From Vicugna vicugna (lineage: Eukaryota): DNA of 20,000 nt. The position numbers and the translations under genes are program-made. The notes below the pieces were generated by a model. That model was not told the DNA's origin, did no database searches, and saw nothing but the letters and a program-made list of their open reading frames with translations. Shown here in pieces: positions 11,003-20,000 of this stretch; position 1 is the stretch's first letter, and each line of letters opens with the position of its first letter. The stretch is from the NCBI GenBank assembly GCA_013265495.1, contig MU057822.1:149712-169711 (forward strand), given 5' to 3'.

Positions 11003-11559
11003 TGTTGTGAGCAGCTACTAACATGGCTCCAGAGAACCACACCTCTTCTTTTCTCACCCTTGTGTAGTCTGGACCTAAGGGTGTGATTTTAATGAGCAGA
11101 ACACAGCAAGAGTAATGGGATACCACTTCTGTGATTAGGTTACAAGAGATTGCGACTCCCCTCAATAGACTCATCTATTGCCTTCTCAGCCTGCACACTT
11201 TCATGAAGGGAGGTGCCATATGAAAGAGGCCAACACAGCAAAGGACCCGAGAGCAGGCTCCAGCCAACAGCCAATGAGGAGTTGAGCCCCCAATCCAACA
11301 ATGTACAAGGGTCCAAATGCTGCCAACAACCACGGAGTGAGCTTGGCACTGGATCCCTCCCCAGTTGAGCATTCAGATGAGACCACAGACCCTGGACTAA
11401 CACCTTGACTGCAGCCTGCAAGAGACCATGAAGCAGAGCACCTAATGAAACTATGCCTGGATTCTTGACCCACAGAAACTTGGGACATAATAAACGTGTG
11501 CTGTCTTAAACAGCTACATTTTGGGATGAATTGTTATGCAGCAAGAGATAACTAATACA
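11003..11559 (+). mobile_element. MLT1F-like ERVL-MaLR solo LTR
   Basis: tg…ca termini; gattaggttacaa, gccaacaaccacggagtgagcttgg, aataaa and ttgttatgcagcaagagataactaataca are MLT1 hallmarks. Confidence 0.88.
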
Positions 11560-12132
11560 CCAGCTAAGCTACTGAATTTCAAGAATAAATCCTGAAATCT
11601 CCAGGTATCCAGATGGAAAAAATGAATCAAATGAAAGATTTTTAAAACTTTATTCCCCAGTTTATTGGCAATATTTGATATCAAAAGACAATGGAACAAA
11701 TGTCTGCAAAGTCATGAGAGAAAGAAAATGGAAGCCAAGAATATCATACCCAGTTGATGTTGCTCAGCTAAAGAGGAAAAGAGGAGAAGACAATCTCAAA
11801 TATGAATGAATCAAAGGAATACAACCTCTCTAGGTTTTTTTTTGAGGGGGGAGCACAGAATAGATTAAAAACTATTTAACCACAAAAAACTGGATAGACA
11901 GTTACGAGCTGAACCATACTAATGAACTCAGGAATGGAGAATCTATGTAACAGACTGACAATGAGTATTAAAACTATTTAAATCTGAGACTACTATCAAA
12001 CAACTATTAGGACTATGTTTATAGAATAGAGTGTGAATGTTATAAATCTAGAAAAAGTAAAATAAATAATGTAACTAACAAAAGTCAAGAGGCTGGGAGA
12101 GAAGAAGGTGGGAGATGAAAAAGGCTGGTCAG

Positions 12133-13657
12133 AAAGAAGGCAAGAATATACAATGCAGAAAAGACAGTCTTTTCTGCAAGTAGGGCTGGGAAAGCTGGAC
12201 AGCTGCATGTAAATCAATGGAGTTAGAACACTCGCTCACACGACACACAAAAATAAACGCAAAATGGCTTAAAGACTTAAATATAAGACATGACACCATA
12301 AAATGCCTAGAAGAGAACATAGGCAAAACATTCTCTGACATAAATCATAGCAATGTTTTCTTAGATCAGTCTCCCATGGCAAAAGAAATTAAAGCAAAAA
12401 TAAACAAGTGAGACCTAATCAAACTTACAAGCTTTTGTTTTGTTTCATGAGGGGGAGGTAACTAGGTTTATTTATGTGTTTATATTTGGAGGAGGTACTG
12501 GGGATTCAACCCAGGACCTAAAGCTAAGCATGCACTCTACCACTTGAGCTATACCTTCCCCCTCCAAACTTACAAGCTTTTGGACAGCAAAGGAAACCAT
12601 AAACAAGATGAAAAGACAACCTAGGGACTCGGAGAAAATACTTGCAAACCTTGCAACAGACAAGGGCTTAATTTCCAAAATATGCAAACAGCTCATATAT
12701 CTCAATATCAAAAAACCAAACAACCCAATCAAAAAATGGGCAGAAGACCTAAATAGATATTTCTCCAAAGAAGACATCCAGATGGCCAATAGGCACATGA
12801 AAAGATGCTCAACATCGCTAATTACTAGAGAAATGCAAATCAAAACTACAATGAGTATCACCTCACACTGGTAAGAATGGCCATCATTAAAAAGTCTACA
12901 AATAATAAATGCTGGAGAGGGTGTGAAGAAAAGGGAACCTTCCTACACTGTTGGGTGGAAATGTAAATTGGTGCAGCCACTATGGAAAACAGTACAGAGA
13001 TTCCCTAAAAAACTAAAAATAGAGTTACCATATGATCTAACAATCCTACTCTTGGGCGTATATCCAGAAAAAACTAATTCAAAAAAATACACGCACCTCA
13101 GTGTTCATAGCCGCATTATTTACAGTAGCCAAGACATGGAAGCAACCTAAATGTCCATCAACGGATGAACTGATAAAGAAGATGTGGTATATATATATAC
13201 TTCAGTCATAAAAAAAAGAATGAAATAATGTCATTTGCAGCAACATGGATCGACCTAGAGATTATCATATTAAGTGAAGTTAAGCCAGAAAGAGAAAGAC
13301 GAATATCATATTGATATCACTTACATGTGGAATCTAAAATATGATACAAATGATACAAATATTTACAAAACAGAAACAGACACACAGACATAGAAAACAA
13401 ACTAATGGTTTATAGGAAAGCAGAGGGAGGGATAAATTAGGAGTTGGGATTAGCAGATACAAACTACTACATACAAAAGAGATAAACAACAAGGTCCTAC
13501 TGTACAGCACAGGGAACTATATTCAGTATCTTGTAATAAACTATAATGGAAAAGAATATATATATGTCTAACTAATCACTTTGCTGTACATCAATAACTA
13601 ATACAACATTATAAATCAACTATACTTCAATTTTTTTGAATATATATGTTTAAAAAT
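12133..13657 (+). mobile_element. 5'-truncated cetartiodactyl-type L1 (ORF2 C-terminal region and 3' UTR), disrupted by stops and a SINE
   Basis: ORF fragments 12217-12411, 12608-12874 (…[34 protein letters not shown]…) and 12923-13150 are L1 ORF2p C-terminus. 3' UTR aacaacaaggtcctactgtacagcacagggaactatatt. TSD aaaaaggctggtcag (12118-12132) / aagaaggctggtcag (13658-13672). Confidence 0.93.
12438..12564 (-). mobile_element. Camelid tRNA-derived SINE (Vic-1-like) inserted in L1 ORF2
   Basis: Minus strand ggggaaggtatagctcaagtggtagagtgcatgcttagc…ggtcctgggttgaatccccagtacctcc (A and B boxes). Perfect 18-bp TSD caaacttacaagcttttg (12420-12437 / 12565-12582). Confidence 0.92.
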
Positions 13658-13769
13658 AAGAAGGCTGGTCAGGATTCATCAATAAGTCCAAAATTTTAAA
13701 ATTAATTTCAAGTTAAACAATTCCTCTAATTTCATTTCAGTTTCTTCAGGTAAATTCACATAAATGAAT

Positions 13770-14040
13770 TAAACATTACATGATTCCATTTATATGAAAT
13801 ATCCAGATTAGGCAAGCGTTTAAGACAGAAAGTAGATTAGCAGTTACCTAGAGCTGGGATAAGGGAAAGGTTGGGGGAAAATGGTGAATGACGATAATGA
13901 AAATGAAGTTTCTTTTTGAGGTGATGAAAATGTTCTAAAATTGATGTGACGATTATAAAACTCTGTGAATATACTAAAAACCCACTAAATTGTGCACTTT
14001 AAATGGGTGAATTACACCTCAATAAATTTGTTTTTAAAAT
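13770..14040 (+). mobile_element. L1MB-type 3' end
   Basis: atgattccatttatatgaaatatccaga…gaaagtagattag…tgatgaaaatgttctaaaattg…ctctgtgaatatactaaaa…ctcaataaa. Confidence 0.85.
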
Positions 14041-14929
14041 TACCATAGAACCTCAGCTTAATAAAAAATATTTCAAAAAAAACACACAAATCTGTGTGTA
14101 AAGACAGAAAGACACATATAGAATGATGATCCATAACAAAAGTGGAAGTAAACAGGCCAAGATGTTAAGAGTAACTAATTCTGGGGGAGGAATAAATGGG
14201 AATCGTTATTGTCTTTGCTTTTGTGCTTTTCTGGTTTTGCTTTTGTTTTTCAGTTTCCCCCAAATCAAGATAGAAAGGTTACTGGACAGAGTGCAGTGGA
14301 GTGACTCGTTGGCCCCAACTCTTGTTTTCACAGTGGTAGCGCGATGCATCCACATCCCTGACATGTCAAGTGCCCCAGAGCATGATTCTTGGTCCTTTTC
14401 CCTTTCCATCCAAGCTCAGTTCCTCGGTGATCTCATTCGGACTCATGGCTGTAAATAACCAGCCTAGACCTCTCTCCCAAACTCCAGACTCATACATATC
14501 CAACTGCCTCTGAACATCTGCAGTCAAATGTCTTCAGAGGCATCTCAAATTTAACATGTCTAAAATTGAACTTCTAACCCCACCCTTTCCAAAAAAAACA
14601 ACTCCACACTCCTCTCAGCCTTCTTCATCTCAGTAAATGGCCACTCCATGTTTCCAGTCGCTCAGGCCAAAAACCCTGAAGTTACACTCGACGAATCACT
14701 TTCTCTCACACTCTACACCCACCCAGTCAGGAAATCCTGTTGCTGCCACTTCCAAACATACCCCGAATCTGACCACTTCTTCACACTTCCTCTAGAACTA
14801 GCCTACGTCAAGCCACAAGCATCTCTTGCCTGTATTATTGGAAACCCTCCTAATGGGCTTCCCTGTCTCTGTCTTTGTCCTTTTTCACTCTGTTATAAAC
14901 ACAGCAGCTGGAGAGACCTTGGTAAACCA

Positions 14930-15500
14930 CGTGGTGGTTAGTTACAAAACAGCCTCCAAGGAATCAGGCTTCTTGGTATTCACACCCTTGTCTAGTCCTC
15001 TTCCCCGGTGAGACTAAGCTGGCTTTGCACTTGGCTTCTGCCAATAAATAAGGCAGAAGCGACGCTATGCTGTTCTTGGCCTACGCCTTAAGAGACACGG
15101 CAGCTTCCATTTTTGCTTTCTTGGAATGCAGGTCTGAGACCACCCTATAGGTAACTGGGTTAGCCCGGGAGAGGATGAGAAGCCACATGGAGGAGCATGG
15201 AAGAACCGACAGCCAGACATGAGTGAAGCCAGCTTGGCTGTTCCAATCCACCCAGTCTTCCAGGGGAAGGCTGCCATAGGAGTGAGCACAGGTGAATCAG
15301 CTGAGAAGCCATTCAGCCAACTCAAAGAATCATAAGGACTAATAGGGAGGGGGTATATAGCTCAGTGGTAGGGCATGTGCGCGGCATGCATGAGGTCCTA
15401 GGTTCAATCCCCAGTACCTCCATTAAAAGAAATAATAAATCATTGTTTTAAGCACCAAGTTTTAAGTCGATTTGTTACTCAGCAAAAGGTGACTGATACA
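14930..15500 (+). mobile_element. MLT1 (G/H-like) ERVL-MaLR solo LTR
   Basis: ggtattcacacccttgt…cagccagacatgagtgaagcc…ttgttttaagcaccaagtttt…atttgttactcagcaaaaggtgactgataca. Confidence 0.8.
15345..15426 (+). mobile_element. Camelid tRNA-derived SINE (Vic-1-like), short form, inserted in MLT1
   Basis: gggagggggtatatagctcagtggtagggcatgtgc…gaggtcctaggttcaatccccagtacctccattaaa. Possible degenerate TSD aaggactaata (15334-15344) / aagaaataata (15427-15437). Confidence 0.88.
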
Positions 15501-16306
15501 AAGCCTCACACAGATCATCTCACTTCTGTGCTAGAAATCCTCTACTGGTTTCCCATTTCACTTAAATTGGAAGCAAAGTCATCCTATGTACAGGGCTCCA
15601 CACCATCACGGCCCCCACCACCCTGCCATTCCGTCTGAGCTCATCAACTCTGCTCAACCCAGGCTCACTCCATTCCAACCCATGTCCTTGACTGCACCAG
15701 CCATGCTTTCCCCCACAGGGCCTTTGCACTTGCCATTCCCTCTGCATGGAGGGCTCTCCCCCTCTCCACCCCCATACCCACATGCCTTCTTCCCTCACTG
15801 GCTTCAGGTTGCTGCTGAAGGATCACCGACTCAGTGAGGCGTCCCTGACCACCTTGCACAACCCAGTCCCTCTTCTTGTCCACTTTCCCTGCTCTGTTCT
15901 TTTCCACAGAACTCATCCCCGTCTAACCTACCATTTATCTGATGTTTATTTTATTACACATGTAATTTTGCCTTTTCTGTTCAATGCTGCCTCCCCAGAG
16001 CCTAGAGCAGCACCTGGCACACCGGAGGTGCACTGGGGAATATTTGAGAAGTGAGCAAACATTTCTGCTCATCATGGGTGGGACCCGCCTCACAGCCACC
16101 TAACCAGGGCCTCAGCTCAGCCCGTGAGGCACAGCAAGGTTTGGGGGTGAAGATTCCACTCTCAGGTTTCTCACCTGTAATGCGGAAAGAGCAGCAGGGA
16201 ATTAGAGACCCCTCAGGTTGGGGCGGGGTGGTGGTGATGGGGTTTCCTGGCCGCTTGCCCAGACACTCCTCTCTGTAATGTTGGATATCAGCAGGACCCA
16301 GGGCAC

Positions 16307-16833
16307 TACGGAGACTGTCTTTTCCCAAAACAGCCACTGCAATATTCTCACATGCTCTTGCAGATCACTGCTAATCTCCACCAACAGATTGAATTCATCC
16401 CCTCTCCCCTCAGATCTGAGCAAGAAGTCGTAACTCAAGTCAAGAACAGGATGCAGTGAAACTGATGCTGTGTAACTTTCAAGGTAGGTCATAAATGCAA
16501 CACAGCTTCACCTGGCTCTCTCACGACTCCAGTCCTTGGGAGCCGGCCATCACGTTGTAAGGAAGCCCAGGCCACATGGGGAAGTCACGCGCAGCTGGTC
16601 TAGCCAGTAGCTCCAGCTAAGGTTTCAGCCAACAGCCAGCATCAACCATCAGACGGCCCTCAGCCTCTGATGATCCAGACCTCCGCCCCTATTCTGCCTT
16701 GTTAACCCCAAATGGAAGAGATACGTTATCCCTACCCTCCAATCTTGCCCAAATTGCAAATTCTTGAGCAAAATATGTGTTTTTGTTGTTTTAAACCACT
16801 AAATTTCATTACATATCCATAGTAACTAGAACA
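16307..16833 (+). mobile_element. MLT1G-like ERVL-MaLR solo LTR
   Basis: cacatgctctt…ggtaggtcataaa…aggaagcccaggccacatgg…cagccaacagccagcatcaacca…gcccaaattgcaaattcttgagcaaaat…ttttaaaccactaa…taactagaaca. Confidence 0.8.
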
Positions 16834-16877
16834 GGTCCCAAATTAGCAACTCAATGAAGCCAAGATGAAAGGACTAG

Positions 16878-16995
16878 CACTCCCATTTCATAGCTGAGGA
16901 AACTGAGGCTCAGCAAAATTAAGACCTTGTCCTAGCTCACACAGCTAGTAAGTGAAGAAACAGGAATGATGTCCAGGTCTTTCAGATACCTCAAT
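16878..16995 (-). mobile_element. MIR fragment
   Basis: cccatttcatagctgaggaaactgaggctcag…cacacagctagtaagtg. Confidence 0.75.
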
Positions 16996-17336
16996 ACGGG
17001 TCCCTCCAAAGGAAGGTTGCTAAGAATCCCAACGTCTCACAGGCCCCACAGAAGCCTCACTCACCCCAAGTGCCTTCTGGATCCCCAGTGTAGGCCAAGA
17101 GTTGGAAGACAGGGACTGGGGCCCAGAGAGGACAAGGGAGCTGCCTGTGGCCATTCAGTGCAGCACAGCTCAGCCCGAGCTAGAACCAGGCCAGCCACCT
17201 GCCAGAGGAGCCCCAAGCCCTGGTGTCTTCACAGAGCTCTGTAAGCCCACACAAACTGAGTCTGGGGGCTCAGAACTTCCCGAGAACTTCCCCACCAAGA
17301 GCCCCCCACCCAGCCTGGGTGCCAGAGGCCCCTCAC

Positions 17337-17489
17337 CTGTCCAAGCTGTTGCACGGCCCCAGAAAGCAGGGAAACTGCAGCCCGTGCACCATACGGGCCT
17401 CGAATAAAAACTTGGGGGCCCAGAAGCCCAGGGCTCCAGTCACAAAGGCCACGGCTGTCAGTCCAAAGTTCGAACACACAAAACTCCAA
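17337..17489 (-). CDS. SPNS3: SPNS3 exon 7 (153 nt): (N)WSFVCSNFGLTAVAFVTGALGFWAPKFLFEARMVHGLQFPCFLGPCNSLD(S); TM7
   Basis: Acceptor actttctcttgcag| and donor CAG|gtgagg. Phase 2 to phase 2, open frame, AFVTGALGFWAPKFL motif. Confidence 0.96.
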
Positions 17490-18308
17490 CTGCAAGAGAA
17501 AGTGCTCTGGCTGGAGCTGGCAGAGGGCTGGGGCTGGGGCTGGGGGGGTCCTGTCTGCTTCTGCTCGCTCCCCTCCCCTCTCTCCTGGGTACTCGGTCAC
17601 CCTGGCACTCGGGTGGCTCCAGGCTCCACATCCTCCCCGACACTCATTAAGAAGCCCTCCTCCCTCCTCTCTGCAGGAGCAACTCTCCCCAGCCTGAAAG
17701 GCTCAAATCCAACATAATATTGTCCATCCAGCAAGATGTCCCTGTTGCCTCACTTTCCTCTAAGTACCCTCCACTCGGCTCATGGCTCTGTAACCAAGAG
17801 AGTGGGGGTCCTCTCCATGCCCCACATTTTGGTAAATCATGAGACCTGGGCATGCAAGTGACTCCTGCCTGCCTCCCCAACCATGCCTAGAATAGAGAGG
17901 GATGCACTCCCATGAGGCTTGGAGAGGTAAGTGATTCACCCCGGCATCTTCCCAGCCACCCTGAGAAGCTGGCAAGGCTAGAGAATTATGTCCATTGAAT
18001 CAATGAGGGAAGTGAGGTTCCAAGTCTCAGGTCACTCAGGGATAAGGCAGAGGCAGAGCCAAGGTTGGAGCTCACGCCGCCTTCCTCCCTCCCTCCCTCC
18101 CAGCCCACATTCTGTCACATGGCGAGGTGAAGGGGGCCTCCAAGTCGGGGAGGGACATCTCAGTTGGTGAATGGGAGCTCAGAGGAGGAAGAAGGTTGTG
18201 AATGTTGGGACAGTCAGGGAGGGCTCCCTGGAGGCAGAGGGAGGTCAGTGATTCTAGGTCAGACATAGGGGTTTTCAGTGACATGAAGGGAGAAGCAGGG
18301 ACACTCAC

Positions 18309-18457
18309 TTTCTCCCCAGGTATCTGACATCTTCATACCAGCTGCTCTTTGGGCCCCCCACGGCCATTACCCCCTGCTTCTCAGCAGCTCCCCGGGGTGG
18401 GTTTGGAACCAGCACGATAAGAAGGATCAAGGCCAAGACTTCCAGGGGAGACATGAC
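18309..18457 (-). CDS. SPNS3: SPNS3 exon 6 (149 nt): VMSPLEVLALILLIVLVPNPPRGAAEKQGVMAVGGPKSSWYEDVRYLGR(N); TM6 and central loop
   Basis: Acceptor cttcctatccccag| and donor AAA|gtgagt. Phase 0 to phase 2, compatible with both neighbours. Lies within listed ORF 18305..18637. Confidence 0.96.
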
Positions 18458-18889
18458 CTGGGGATAGGAAGGTCCAGGAAGCTCAGGGTCACACACTCCT
18501 GCAACCCAGGAGATCCCTTGGGTGGCTGAACTCTGTGGTCCAGGCTCTTGGGATGCTCTGTGCCCTGGAGGCGGGGGGTGGGCAAGGGGGGAGAGGGACT
18601 CATTTCCCCGGGGTTGGTTATGCACAGAGCTTAACATACCACTGCTCCCAACCCCTCACTCTGAGTACAGCCTCTCTGGGGAGTGGGGTGCCCTTGGTAC
18701 TTGACTTAATACCCGTTTGTCCTGTACAGACGCTACTATTGGGAGCAGTGAGCCTGACATGGTGAAGAGCTAGAGGCCTGACTACCCTGGCCCTGACTGC
18801 TGAGGACTTGCTGCTCCAATAACTGTCCCTTTTCCCGGTCCACGCCTCCACCTGCCAGGCCAGCCCTGCCCTAGTGTCCTTCCATCCCT

Positions 18890-19045
18890 GTCTCACAAAT
18901 CCTCAAGATTCCATAAGGCAGCCTTTACTCCCCCCCACTCTACAGATAGGCAAAGTGAGGCCCCGAAGAGGGAGGGGACTAGCCTGAGGTCACACAGCTA
19001 GCCAACTGAGCAGCTGGGATTTGATCCCAGGGGCACGACTTCCAG
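18890..19045 (-). mobile_element. MIR SINE
   Basis: tacagataggcaaagtgaggcccc…gcctgaggtcacacagctag…gctgggatttgatcccagg. Confidence 0.75.
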
Positions 19046-19206
19046 AGGCCACGTTCCATACGAGGCCCCCAGTGTCTGAAGCTGCTGACATCTGAGCACC
19101 CCCCACGGCGCCAGGTACTGTGCCAAGGGGCTAAGGCCACTAGAGGCTGGAAAGTCCCTGCTGGCCCAGTGGGAAAACAGAGGGAAGAAAAGGAAACTGG
19201 ACTCAC

Positions 19207-19273
19207 TCGGAGGGCCCAACGCCAGTTCCCGGTCAGCTCCGTCACAGCCGACCCCAGCACATAGCCCAGACCA
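19207..19273 (-). CDS. SPNS3: SPNS3 exon 5 (67 nt): (S)GLGYVLGSAVTELTGNWRWALR
   Basis: Acceptor ccccgcccctctgctgcag| and donor CGA|gtgagt. Contains the Spinster GSGLGY…WRWALR signature. Confidence 0.96.
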
Positions 19274-19794
19274 CTGCAGCAGAGGGGCGGGGAAACAGCA
19301 GTGAGGGGAAGGAGGCAGGCCCGGGGCCCCAAGACCAACCTAAGCGAGGGTGCGCCCACCCTAGGGAGCCAGCTCTCTGCAGCTCATGGCCATTTCACTG
19401 GGAAGAGTGAGCCATGTGAGACCCAGATGGCCACTGCCCTTGGTCAAGTCACTGGTGACCTCTGGCTCCAGGCCCAGCCCCAGCACCACTGTGCACTGTC
19501 TCCCAATATGAGGACCATGCACCTCCCCAAGGCTCAGCCCTGCCCCAGTGAGGCGATTTCAGGAAACCTGAGTCAGAGCTCAGGGTCCTGACTGCAAATC
19601 CCATTCTGCCCCACCCCACTGTGGGGTACACGCCCGACCCCAACACACTTCCCTGCCTCCCCTCCCAGAGCCGGCCCCTCCCTGAGCAGGCCGTACGGCC
19701 AGGCTGCACTATCTCACCCCTTCCTGGGGTGGACTAGCAGGTAGGGAGCATCCTCATTATGTATCTCTAACTCCCACCATAGCCCATCGGTCAA

Positions 19795-19902
19795 TGTTAC
19801 TGGCGCCATTTTTACAGATGAGGAAACTGAGGCTCAGAGAGCTAAAGGGACACAGGGAGGAAGGGGTAGAGTTGAGATTCCAAACCTAGCCCTCCTGCTC
19901 TG
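19795..19902 (-). mobile_element. MIR fragment
   Basis: ccatttttacagatgaggaaactgaggctcagagagctaaagg. Confidence 0.8.
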
Positions 19903-19990
19903 ACGTCTCCTCCACCCAGCCCAGCCCCTGTTCTGACTCCTCTGGGCCTCAGTGTACCACCCAGGGAAGTGGATCCAGAGTAATACCAAC

Positions 19991-20000
19991 CTTCCAACAG
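19991..20000 (-). CDS. SPNS3: SPNS3 exon 4, last 10 nt only (…P-V-G-S, phase 2)
   Basis: Minus strand reads CT GTT GGA AG|gttggt, matching the Spns motif IPVGS. Phase 2 is completed by the first T of exon 5 (AGT, Ser). Only 10 nt are visible. Confidence 0.75.

Larger units (their letters stand above)
10390..12117 (+). mobile_element. Ancient L1M (L1ME-like) ORF1-region remnants, interrupted by a MER96-like MITE and MLT1F
   Basis: A-rich degenerate L1 ORF1-like tracts, e.g. gaagaaatattcaaagagat and aaagacaatggaacaaatgtctgcaaagt…ccaagaatatcatacccag. Subfamily and boundaries uncertain. Confidence 0.6.
14385..16055 (+). mobile_element. L2 (L2a-like) 3' region, split by an MLT1 LTR (pieces ~14385-14929 and ~15501-16055)
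   Basis: ccagcctagacctctctcccaaactccagactc…ggcatctcaaatttaacatgtctaaaattgaac; cacagggcctttgcacttgcc; terminal gcctagagcagcacctggcaca. Confidence 0.85.
4547..20000 (-). other. SPNS3: SPNS3 gene body, partial (exon 4 end to exon 9); continues beyond both window edges; possibly pseudogenised
   Basis: Five exon segments in correct order on the minus strand with canonical splice sites. Spliced exons 4-7 read PVGSGLGYVLGSAVTELTGNWRWALRVMSPLEVLALILLIVLVPNPPRGAAEKQGVMAVGGPKSSWYEDVRYLGRNWSFVCSNFGLTAVAFVTGALGFWAPKFLFEARMVHGLQFPCFLGPCNSLD, matching human SPNS3 as recalled. Confidence 0.93.

Noticed and set aside
12217..13150. L1 ORF2-like ORFs as a functional gene
   Set aside because: 5'-truncated, broken by stops, frameshifts and a SINE insertion.
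15345..15426. tRNA-Ala-like gene (also 12438-12564)
   Set aside because: A-rich tails, TSDs, degenerate stems and insertion inside other repeats identify them as SINEs, not tRNA genes.
18305..18637. ORF resembling a secreted or neuropeptide precursor (MSPLEVLALILLIVLV… ending YLGRK, amidation-like)
   Set aside because: It is SPNS3 exon 6: the hydrophobic stretch is TM6 and GRK-stop is read-through of the splice donor.

Overview
Mammalian genomic DNA, most likely camelid (three tRNA-Ala-like SINEs of Vic-1 type plus a cetartiodactyl-type L1 3' end). The window lies inside a minus-strand SPNS3 (spinster homolog 3, MFS lipid transporter) gene. Exon numbers follow human SPNS3 as recalled. I can read the last 10 nt of exon 4, exons 5, 6 and 7 (67, 149 and 153 nt, in frame, GT-AG) and exon 9 (66 nt). 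I cannot find the expected ~190-nt exon 8 on either strand between exon 7 and exon 9. Exon 7 ends in phase 2 and exon 9 starts in phase 0, so direct splicing would frameshift. Exon 9 also changes the conserved Spns 'NW' motif to 'SC'. Together these suggest a degenerating or truncated SPNS3 copy, or an assembly defect. The rest is intronic: MIR, L2, MER5, a MER96-like MITE, three MLT1 LTRs and nested L1s, densest at ~9.3-17 kb. Almost all six-frame ORFs are spurious. Homologue and repeat-family comparisons come from memory, not from searches.
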